Below the pieces are notes generated by a model that saw only the letters and a list, made by a program, of their open reading frames with translations, ran no database searches and was not told the origin of the DNA. Positions 27,987 to 36,201 of a stretch of DNA of 64,000 nucleotides are shown one piece after another. This DNA is from an uncultured Gammaproteobacteria bacterium. Its GTDB lineage: Bacteria > Patescibacteriota > Microgenomatia > UBA8517. The stretch is taken from positions 14,946 through 78,945 of the forward strand of contig CAZOUV010000003.1 of NCBI GenBank assembly GCA_964583105.1, read 5' to 3'. How positions within the stretch are numbered: the stretch's first letter is position 1; each line of letters starts with the position of its first letter. The position numbers were made by a program, and so were the translations under genes.

Positions 27987-30194
27987 TTAGAGGGGGTATC
28001 TAATTACTGCCGAGGTTGAAGCGATGGGGCATTCCATGCAGTAAATAGTCCCTAAAGGATCTATATAAACGGCTTTGTTTTGCGTAGATATTTGATCCGG
28101 GGGGGTATCCTGAGTTGCCTGTTGTTGTGTTGAATTAAGAATTGTAATATCCATTCGTTGTCCTGTTGTTTTTTCGGGGATAGATCCTTCCATAAAGTAT
28201 TCAAATCTGGTAGGACAACCCGCAGCTTCTCCTTCACCCAGAGGTAAAAGTCCATCAACCGCGCAAACCGTTTTTCCAATAATTGAGTCCGGTTGGCCCG
28301 GCCATGAATGACCTTCCTCTTCTTTGTTATATATTCCTTTCTCGGATTTATCTAGAACAGCTTTCATAATTTTATTCCAAATAGGTGAAGCTCCTGAAAC
28401 TCCCGAAACAGCTCCTCCCATGGGGGCGTTATCGTTGTTCCCGACCCAGGTTACAACCACCGCTTGGGGAGTAAATCCAATTGTCCAATTATCACGTCTG
28501 TCGTTAGTTGTTCCGGTTTTGACCGATACTTCGGGATGGCCCTTGACATTTAAGTATGAGGATTCTCCAAAAGCCTGCATTCTAGCATTATTATCAAGTA
28601 GTGCATGAGATATTAAAAAAGTTACGTCTGGAGGAAGCACTCTTTCACCATTAAGTTCAATATCTGCGATTTTTGTTTCCTGGTAAACTTTTCCCTTCCA
28701 GTCAGTGACCTTGGTTATAGCGATTAAATCCTCTTTGATTCCACTGTTTGCAAAAACTCCGAAGGCAACTGCCATGTCGTAGGGTCTAACTTCTCCTCCC
28801 CCTAAAGTCAAAGAAAGTCCGTATTGATCAGGATCCGTTAAGGTGGTTAAACCCATTTGATTGGCAAAATAAACAAGATTGTCAACACCGTTTAAAGCAA
28901 GAATTCTGACGGCAGGAATATTGTATGAATTTCCCAATGCAAATCTTGCCTGTACAAGCCCATGGAATGTTCCGTCATAATTTACGGGACAATAATCGGG
29001 TTGGCCGGCAACCTTAAAACAAGTTGGTACATCCGCAAGAGCTGTTGCCAAATTTATTTTGTTGTCCTTTAGGGCCAAAGCGTAGTTAATAGGTTTTATT
29101 GACGAACCGGGTTGTCTTTTGGCTAAGATAACATTTACTTTCCCATCTTCGTCTTCAGCAAAGTAGTCATAAGAACCCACCATCGCCAAAATCTCTCCAG
29201 TTGCCGGTTTTGTAACAATTGCCGCACCGTTTCCAACCTTTTGTTTTTTAAGTTTTGCAACTTCAGTAGCAACTGTAGCTTGGGCCAGATCTTGTAAATC
29301 AAGATCGAGGGTGGTATTAACTCTTAATCCACCTTGTTCTACAAGCCTTTCTCCGTATTTTTCAGTTAAAAGTTCTTTTACCCAAAGGGCAAAATGCGGC
29401 GATTTTGGAGGGGTGATGTTTGCATACTTAAGTTCTTCGGCCAAAGTTTTATCAGCTTCTTCTTGGGTTATTTTTTTGTTTTCAACCATATTTTTAAGTA
29501 CTGTTTTTTGTCTCTCTTTTGCATATTCGGGATGTGCACCAAAGGGGGAATATCTTGTCGGGGATTGGGGAAGGCCCGCTAAAAGAGCCGCTTCGGCAAG
29601 ACTTAAGTCTTTGGCGGATTTATCAAAATAAAGTTCGCTGGCTGTTTCAATTCCGTATGCTGTTGAGCCATAGGGGATTTGATTTAAATACATCTCAAGT
29701 ATCTTATCTTTGGTATAGATGGTTTCAACAACTAAAGTTAATGCGAACTCCCGGATTTTTCTTCTGATAGTTCTTTCCTGAGTTAAAAGCGAATTTTTGA
29801 CAAGTTGTTGGGTCAAGGTGGAGCCTCCTTGAAGTTTTCTTTTAAAAACAATATTAAAAACACTTCTTATTATCCCTGTCGTCGAAAATCCAGAATGTTT
29901 ATAAAAGTCCTTGTCTTCAATAGATATTGTTGCATCTATTACATGTTTGGGAATATCTTTTAGGTCGATAGGACTTCTTCTTTGCTGGGTGTAAATTTCG
30001 TAAATTAATTTTCCATTTCTGTCAAATAATTTTGTTGAAACAGGAATTGCGTCCGATGAAAGTTTGGTGGGAAGCGGTATTCCCCAGAACAACCAGAGAA
30101 ATAGAGAAATTGTAACGGTAAAAAAAATTAACTTTTTTCGGTTTTTCTCTACCTTTAAAAATAATTTTACTTTTTCGAAAAAACTAACTCTCAT
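27987..30194 (-). CDS. PBP1A-family bifunctional peptidoglycan glycosyltransferase/transpeptidase (second paralog)
   Basis: EDKDFYKHSGFS, GGSTLTQQLVKN, KTGTTNDRRDNW. 735 aa, with an Asp/Gln-rich C-terminal tail. Confidence 0.85.
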   Translation of the reverse strand: MRVSFFEKVKLFLKVEKNRKKLIFFTVTISLFLWLFWGIPLPTKLSSDAIPVSTKLFDRNGKLIYEIYTQQRRSPIDLKDIPKHVIDATISIEDKDFYKHSGFSTTGIIRSVFNIVFKRKLQGGSTLTQQLVKNSLLTQERTIRRKIREFALTLVVETIYTKDKILEMYLNQIPYGSTAYGIETASELYFDKSAKDLSLAEAALLAGLPQSPTRYSPFGAHPEYAKERQKTVLKNMVENKKITQEEADKTLAEELKYANITPPKSPHFALWVKELLTEKYGERLVEQGGLRVNTTLDLDLQDLAQATVATEVAKLKKQKVGNGAAIVTKPATGEILAMVGSYDYFAEDEDGKVNVILAKRQPGSSIKPINYALALKDNKINLATALADVPTCFKVAGQPDYCPVNYDGTFHGLVQARFALGNSYNIPAVRILALNGVDNLVYFANQMGLTTLTDPDQYGLSLTLGGGEVRPYDMAVAFGVFANSGIKEDLIAITKVTDWKGKVYQETKIADIELNGERVLPPDVTFLISHALLDNNARMQAFGESSYLNVKGHPEVSVKTGTTNDRRDNWTIGFTPQAVVVTWVGNNDNAPMGGAVSGVSGASPIWNKIMKAVLDKSEKGIYNKEEEGHSWPGQPDSIIGKTVCAVDGLLPLGEGEAAGCPTRFEYFMEGSIPEKTTGQRMDITILNSTQQQATQDTPPDQISTQNKAVYIDPLGTIYCMECPIASTSAVIRYPL

Positions 30195-30200
30195 GATATA

Positions 30201-30698
30201 TTGATATTATATATGGACGAGAGCCTTAAAAAGAAGTCTTGGTGGCTAAATTTGGAAACAGATATCCAAGAACTTCTAGAAGAGTCTTTTTTACTCCTCG
30301 AACTTTTTGAAAAAGAACCGGGAAAATTTAAAGATTATTCCTTCGTGGTTTTCCCTGCGGCCAAAGCATATGAGGGATTCCTTAAAAAATTGTTTTTGGA
30401 TAAAGGTTTCATTACAAAAGAGGATTACTTCGGAAAAAAATTTAGAATAGGTAAATCCCTAAATCCTTATTTGGATAAAGAACTAAGAGACGAAAGTGTA
30501 TATGACAAGATAGTAGCTCATTGCGGCGGTAAATTTCTGGCAGATCTTTTCTGGGAAACTTGGAAAAGTTGTCGAAATATTGTTTTTCATTGGTTTCCCG
30601 ATGAAAAAAATATAGTTACACTACCTGAGGCTGGGCAAAAACTGGAAATGATAGTTACTGCAATTGATGAAGCAAATAAAGCGTGCCATACTAAATAA
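30201..30698 (+). CDS. hypothetical protein with HEPN-like Rx4H motif
   Basis: 165 aa, predicted helical. CRNIVFHWF near the C-terminus fits R-N-x3-H. No other family was recognised. Confidence 0.3.
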   Translation: MILYMDESLKKKSWWLNLETDIQELLEESFLLLELFEKEPGKFKDYSFVVFPAAKAYEGFLKKLFLDKGFITKEDYFGKKFRIGKSLNPYLDKELRDESVYDKIVAHCGGKFLADLFWETWKSCRNIVFHWFPDEKNIVTLPEAGQKLEMIVTAIDEANKACHTK

Positions 30699-31346
30699 AT
30701 GCTTAAAAAAGAGAAAATAATCAAAAACATTACCGTATACGCGATTTATATACTGATTATCTGGGGTTTTTATAGAGTTTTATTTAAACTTCCCGATAAT
30801 TTAGAAGAACTGATATTAAAACCGATCATCTGGCTTACTCCACTTATATTTCTTCTTAAAAAGGAAAAACTAGGGATCGGTTCTTTGGGAGTAACCCTAA
30901 AGAACTTATTCCCTGCAGTTTATTTAAGTTTGGGTCTGGGTGCAATTTTTGCAATTGAAGCAATATTTTTAAATTTCTTAAAATATAAAACTTTTAATTT
31001 TGGATCAAACATTGGGGAGGGGGGATTGGTGCTATCGCTGATTATTTCTTTCGCAACAGCCTTTTCAGAGGAAATTTCTTTTAGGGGTTATATCTTTAAC
31101 AGATTATGGAGTGTTTTGAATAACGAATGGCTTGCCAATTTTGTTACTAGTACTATCTGGTCACTGGTTCATGTGCCGATAACCATATTTGTTTGGAAGT
31201 TAAGTTTATCTGCAGCAATTTTATACCTATTTCTGACATTTCTTTTTGGGCTTGGATCGGCCTTTGTCTTTGCTAAAACCAAAAACGTATTTTCCTCAGT
31301 TTTTCTCCATGTCCTCTGGCAGTGGCCGATTATTCTTTTTAGATAA
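30699..31346 (+). CDS. CPBP-family (CAAX/Abi) intramembrane metalloprotease
   Basis: Motif 1 EExxxR (FSEEISFRGY), motif 2 (SLVHV) and motif 3 (FLHVLWQ); about 6 TM helices. The start codon abuts the stop of the preceding ORF. Confidence 0.65.
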   Translation: MLKKEKIIKNITVYAIYILIIWGFYRVLFKLPDNLEELILKPIIWLTPLIFLLKKEKLGIGSLGVTLKNLFPAVYLSLGLGAIFAIEAIFLNFLKYKTFNFGSNIGEGGLVLSLIISFATAFSEEISFRGYIFNRLWSVLNNEWLANFVTSTIWSLVHVPITIFVWKLSLSAAILYLFLTFLFGLGSAFVFAKTKNVFSSVFLHVLWQWPIILFR

Positions 31347-31406
31347 CAACTTTTCTTAATTTTGTTTGACTTAGATTGAGTAAAGAAGTAGTATTGTTAC
31401 TACCTG

Positions 31407-32048
31407 ATGTTAAAAAGGATTGCGTTAATTTTGTCCACAGTTATTTTTGCATTCTTTATTCTTTCAATTTCTGTTTTAAGATCTTCAGCAATAAGACCCA
31501 ACATTAGAGTTTATTCCGCAACCCCAAGACCCGAGTTAAACAAAGAAGGCGTAGATAATAATATTGAAGTGCTTTATATCATGCCTTATTGTGGAAGAAT
31601 CCTTCCCGATAGTCCAATTTGGCCATTAAAGGCGTTAAGGGACAGGCTTTGGATGCTTGTAACAACAAATAACATGAGGAAGGCCGAACTTTCTTTGTTA
31701 TTTGCAGATAAAAGATTAATGTCATCATATGAACTTTTCAAATTAAACAAACCCCAAATAGCTTTAACGACACTGACAAAAGCAGAAAAATACTTAGAGG
31801 AAGCAAGTATTATTGAGAAGGAAGAAAGGGCAAGGGGGGTGGATACAAAATCATTTTTAATTACTTTAGCAACTGCCTCCTTGAAACACCGTGAAGTTAT
31901 TGAAGAGATGTTAGCCTTTGTTCCTGATGACATAAAACCGAGTGTTATAAAAACAGAAGATTATGCCAAGATTATATTTAAGGAGACCCATGAAGTTCTA
32001 CAATCCTTTGGAATATCTACGCCCGAAAGCCCCTTCGATATCAACTAA
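31407..32048 (+). CDS. hypothetical signal-anchored protein
   Basis: N-terminal TM helix followed by a soluble, probably alpha-helical domain. Confidence 0.3.
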   Translation: MLKRIALILSTVIFAFFILSISVLRSSAIRPNIRVYSATPRPELNKEGVDNNIEVLYIMPYCGRILPDSPIWPLKALRDRLWMLVTTNNMRKAELSLLFADKRLMSSYELFKLNKPQIALTTLTKAEKYLEEASIIEKEERARGVDTKSFLITLATASLKHREVIEEMLAFVPDDIKPSVIKTEDYAKIIFKETHEVLQSFGISTPESPFDIN

Positions 32049-32212
32049 ATTTCTCTTTTGGTATTAATTATTTCTCCATGTATTTTTTGTTAAGTTTTGT
32101 TTTTTGATAATTACCGAAAAATTATTGCGGTAATATCAACTTTTTCAGGCATAACCTGAATTTGAAGTGATCTTTTTTGACACAATTATTGCTAGTTGAC
32201 TGTCCATAAGTG

Positions 32213-32250
32213 GTGTTGATATATGTGTACTGTAACTATAGATAGTGTTT
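32213..32250 (+). promoter_or_regulatory. candidate NrdR box(es) upstream of nrdR-nrdJ
   Basis: AACTATAGATAGTGT (32234-32248) matches 13 of 16 positions of the acacwAtATaTwgtgt consensus. An adjacent partial half-site GATATATGTGT lies at 32218-32228. Confidence 0.3.
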
Positions 32251-32282
32251 TTTGTTTTCATTAGTGAAACCGGAAAATCAAT

Positions 32283-32741
32283 ATGAAGTGTCCTTTTTGT
32301 AAATTTAACGATTCTGAAGTTTTGGAGTCAAGGGTTACCGAAAACGGAAGTTGCATAAGAAGAAGGAGGTCTTGCCCTAAATGCAAAAAAAGATTTACAA
32401 CACAGGAAAAGATTAAAGATTCGGTTATTTGGGTGATTAAAAAAGACGGAAGACGGGAACTTTTTGATAGAGAAAAAGTAAAAAGGGGGATTGTAAGGGC
32501 TTTGGAAAAAAGACCGGTGGGAATGAACGTTGTTGACGAGATAGTTAACGAAATCGAAAGAGAGATGCTTGGAGAGGAAAAGGAAGAAATTCCCACAACG
32601 GTAATTGGAAAAGCGGTTTTAAGAAAACTTAAGAAAATCGACAAAGTAGCGTGGTTGAGGTTTGCAAGTGTCTATTTTGAATTTGAAAATTTGGATGATT
32701 TCGAAAAGATAATTGATAAAAAACAAATGGGCAAAAAATAA
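32283..32741 (+). CDS. nrdR: transcriptional repressor NrdR
   Basis: MKCPFCKF...CPKCKKRF zinc ribbon plus ATP-cone; 152 aa. Confidence 0.9.
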   Translation: MKCPFCKFNDSEVLESRVTENGSCIRRRRSCPKCKKRFTTQEKIKDSVIWVIKKDGRRELFDREKVKRGIVRALEKRPVGMNVVDEIVNEIEREMLGEEKEEIPTTVIGKAVLRKLKKIDKVAWLRFASVYFEFENLDDFEKIIDKKQMGKK

Positions 32742-32742
32742 A

Positions 32743-35307
32743 ATGTTGCAAAAAATTACAAAAGAAAAAAATAAACAAAGAAAAACCGCTATTAAAAAAA
32801 GTTATACAAACGGTACAAACGGTCACTCAAAAAATTTTCATCTTTCTCTAGATTCATTGGTTTTTTTACCCTACGAAAAGATAAAAGAAGAGATACATAA
32901 AAAAATAGGTTACATGCCAGATAAACCCAAAGATTTGAAAAAGGGTTTTTGGACAGAACAAGCTGTTAAGGTATTAAGTGAGAGATATTTAATGAAAGAC
33001 GCTAAAGGGAAGATTATTGAAACACCTGAAGATTTGTGCTGGAGAGTTGCCTGGGAAGTTGCTTCCGCTGAAGCAAGATGGGGAAAAACCAAAAAGGAAG
33101 TATTAGATATTGCTAAAACATTTTACAACCTTTTGATTGGCCATGAATTTCTTCCTAACTCTCCGACACTAATGAATGCTGGAACGGAAAACCATTTACA
33201 ATATTCTGCCTGTTTCGTGATTCCAGTTGAAGATTCAATTGAAGGGATTTTTGATGCACTGAAATATCAAGCACTGATTCATAAAACCGGAGGAGGAACA
33301 GGATTTTCTTTTTCAAGACTTAGGCCCAACGGGTCGATGGTTAAAACTTCTTCAGGTACAGCATCGGGCCCAGTTTCTTTTATGAGGATTTTTGATGCTG
33401 CCACCAATGAAGTGAAACAGGGCGGTAAAAGAAGGGGTGCAAACATGGGCATTTTAAGAGTTGACCATCCTGATATTTTGGAATTTATTCATTGCAAGGA
33501 AAATGGAGGAATAACGAATTTTAATATTTCAGTGGGGATTACAGATAAATTTATGCATGCTTACAAAGAAGGAAAGGAATATGAACTTGTTAATCCCAAA
33601 ACAAAAGAAGTTTCAGGAAAACTTTCGGCAAAAAAGGTTTTCGATGAAATTGTCAAACTTGCTTGGAAAACGGGAGACCCGGGAATAATATTTATAGACA
33701 GAATTAATACGGGTTCTGCAAATCCAATTCCTTCATTGGGACCAATAGAATCAACAAACCCTTGCGGAGAACAGCCTTTATACCCCTTTGATTCATGTAA
33801 TTTGGGAAGTATTTTTTTAAATTATTTTGTTAAAAAAGAAGAAAATAAAAGCACTATTGATTGGGATAAGTTGGAGCAGGTAACCAAAAAAGCTGTAAGG
33901 TTTTTAGATAATGTAATCGAAGTCAATCCATATACTCTTCCCCAAATAAGACAAACAACGCTTGCCATAAGAAGAATTGGGCTTGGGGTAGCCGGTTGGG
34001 CGGACCTTTTGATTGAATTAGGAATTTCCTATGGTAGTCAGGAGGCCTTAGATCTTGCTAAAAAGTTAATGAGTTTTGTTAACCAAAAAGCAAAAGAAGA
34101 GTCGTATCAGCTTGCTAAAGAAAGAGGACCGTTTCCTCTTTGGCAGGAAAGTATTTACAAAGATGATTTTCCCAGAAGAAATTCGACACTTACAACAATT
34201 GCTCCGACCGGGACAATATCAATAATTGCAGGTTCTTCTAGTGGGATTGAACCCCTTTTTGCAATTGCATATGAACATATAGTTAGGGATAAACACCTGG
34301 ATAGAAAACTTGCTTTTGTTAACCCGAAATTTGAAGAAGTATTAAGAGAAAAGGAAATTTGGTCTGATGAAATTAAGAATAAGCTGGCAAAAACAGGAGT
34401 AGTTGGGCAAATAGCAGAAATTCCTGAAGAGATAAGAAAAGTTTTTTCAACTGCCCATGAAATTGAACCCGTTTGGCATATCAAAATGCAGGCCGTGTTT
34501 CAAGAAAATACCGAGAATGCGGTTTCAAAAACAATTAATCTAAGACATGATTCTAGGGAAGAAGATGTTAAAAATGCGTATCTTCTTGCCTGGGATATGG
34601 GATGTAAGGGAATAACCATATTTAGGGACGGCAGTAAGGGAGAACAAGTTTTAAACCTTGGTTTAAACGATAAAAAAGAAACAAACGGAGTTGTCAAAGA
34701 ATCTCACAATGAGCCCTTAGTAACAAGACCATATAAAGTTTCCGGTTCAACCTACAGAATTACAACTCCGGTAGGAACAGCGTTTATTACAATTAATGAA
34801 AACGAAAGTAAAGAACCGATTGAACTTTTTATAAATATTGGGAAAGCGGGAAGTGATCTTGCCGCAATGGCTGAGGCTTTAGGAAGAACAATTTCGACCG
34901 CCTTTAGGTTTCGAGGAGAACTTTCCCCCAAAGAAAGGGCTAAAGAAATTGCCTTTCAACTTTCGGGAATTGGAGGAAGAAGGTCGATAGGTTTCGGACC
35001 CGCAAAAATTCTTTCTCTTCCGGATGCGGTGAGCATTGCTCTTTCCAGTCATTACAATTTTAAAATCAACGGAAATTTAATGGTCGGAAGTATTTTAGGA
35101 GGAAACGGGGTCTTAGCAAGCGGAACCGTACCTACTGTGAGGGCTACCCAGCATCAGGAAACTGATGCAACCTTAGACCCCGCAGCAGTTGCGATTTCGC
35201 TTAGTGAGACTCATGTAGGAGATATCTGCCCGTCCTGCGGGGCATCGGCTCTTGTCAACGAAGAAGGCTGTTCCAAGTGTCATGCTTGCGGACATTCGGA
35301 GTGTTAG
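32743..35307 (+). CDS. nrdJ: class II (adenosylcobalamin-dependent) ribonucleotide reductase NrdJ
   Basis: NPCGEQPL active-site motif, class II layout, C-terminal Cys-rich zinc ribbon (CPSCGAS...CSKCHACGHSEC). The start was set at MLQKIT, 1 nt after the nrdR stop. Confidence 0.9.
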   Translation: MLQKITKEKNKQRKTAIKKSYTNGTNGHSKNFHLSLDSLVFLPYEKIKEEIHKKIGYMPDKPKDLKKGFWTEQAVKVLSERYLMKDAKGKIIETPEDLCWRVAWEVASAEARWGKTKKEVLDIAKTFYNLLIGHEFLPNSPTLMNAGTENHLQYSACFVIPVEDSIEGIFDALKYQALIHKTGGGTGFSFSRLRPNGSMVKTSSGTASGPVSFMRIFDAATNEVKQGGKRRGANMGILRVDHPDILEFIHCKENGGITNFNISVGITDKFMHAYKEGKEYELVNPKTKEVSGKLSAKKVFDEIVKLAWKTGDPGIIFIDRINTGSANPIPSLGPIESTNPCGEQPLYPFDSCNLGSIFLNYFVKKEENKSTIDWDKLEQVTKKAVRFLDNVIEVNPYTLPQIRQTTLAIRRIGLGVAGWADLLIELGISYGSQEALDLAKKLMSFVNQKAKEESYQLAKERGPFPLWQESIYKDDFPRRNSTLTTIAPTGTISIIAGSSSGIEPLFAIAYEHIVRDKHLDRKLAFVNPKFEEVLREKEIWSDEIKNKLAKTGVVGQIAEIPEEIRKVFSTAHEIEPVWHIKMQAVFQENTENAVSKTINLRHDSREEDVKNAYLLAWDMGCKGITIFRDGSKGEQVLNLGLNDKKETNGVVKESHNEPLVTRPYKVSGSTYRITTPVGTAFITINENESKEPIELFINIGKAGSDLAAMAEALGRTISTAFRFRGELSPKERAKEIAFQLSGIGGRRSIGFGPAKILSLPDAVSIALSSHYNFKINGNLMVGSILGGNGVLASGTVPTVRATQHQETDATLDPAAVAISLSETHVGDICPSCGASALVNEEGCSKCHACGHSEC

Positions 35308-35319
35308 TAAAAACTTCTA

Positions 35320-35865
35320 ATGACAATCTATACCAAAAAAGGGGATAGGGGAAAAACAGGATTATATTCAACACATAAATCCAAAAATATTAGAGTTGGT
35401 AAGGATTCTTTGATAATCGAAGCAATTGGTTGTATTGATGAGACAAACACTTTTTTGGGTCTTGCAACCTCTTTTATTAAATTCGGTAAACTCAAAAACA
35501 AAGTAATTGAAATACAAAAACATCTTTTTGAAGTGGGGGCAATTCTGGCCGGAGCAAACTTAAATTTAGATGACAGAATTGTTTTACAGATGGAAAAAGA
35601 AATTGATGAAATGGATAAAACGCTCCCAACATTAAAACATTTTATTCTTCCAGGAGGGGGATATGCGGGGAGTCTTTTATTTATGGCCAGAACTTTTGTG
35701 AGACGTGCTGAAAGACGAGTGGTGACAATTTCTAAAAAAAGTAAATTAAATCCCGATTTACTAATTTATCTCAATAGGCTTTCAGATTATGTATTTACCT
35801 TAGCAAGATACTCAAATTTTAAAGAGGGCGGGAAAGAAGAGATTTGGAAGAGCTTTGGGAAATGA
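35320..35865 (+). CDS. PduO-type ATP:cob(I)alamin adenosyltransferase
   Basis: IYTKKGDRGKTGL N-terminal signature of the PduO family; 181 aa. Confidence 0.8.
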   Translation: MTIYTKKGDRGKTGLYSTHKSKNIRVGKDSLIIEAIGCIDETNTFLGLATSFIKFGKLKNKVIEIQKHLFEVGAILAGANLNLDDRIVLQMEKEIDEMDKTLPTLKHFILPGGGYAGSLLFMARTFVRRAERRVVTISKKSKLNPDLLIYLNRLSDYVFTLARYSNFKEGGKEEIWKSFGK

Positions 35866-35880
35866 TACAATTGATGTGCC

Positions 35881-36201
35881 ATGCCCATATTTCCCGAAAG
35901 AGAAAAAAATGTAATTGAAACACCCGAAGAGGCCTCGGCCTTAACTATTGAAAGAAAAGAAGTTGTAACTCCAATTCCAGTTTCTTTTTCCAAACAAGTA
36001 AAAACCGATTCCGGAAAGCCCCTCATGGAAATTCCGGGTCAAGGGGGGAAGATTAAAATAACAATACCCAAGTCTCAGGTTGAATTAGAAACTCTTTCAA
36101 AAGGATCTGTATCAGATTCCATTACCTGGTTTGCTGCGTTTTGGATTAGAATGATTAAGAAAGCTCTGCATTTCGGATGGGAGCTTTTGGGTGGTCACTA
36201 G
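35881..36201 (+). CDS. hypothetical small protein
   Basis: 106 aa; it overlaps the start of the downstream ATPase by 11 nt, suggesting translational coupling. Confidence 0.3.
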   Translation: MPIFPEREKNVIETPEEASALTIERKEVVTPIPVSFSKQVKTDSGKPLMEIPGQGGKIKITIPKSQVELETLSKGSVSDSITWFAAFWIRMIKKALHFGWELLGGH

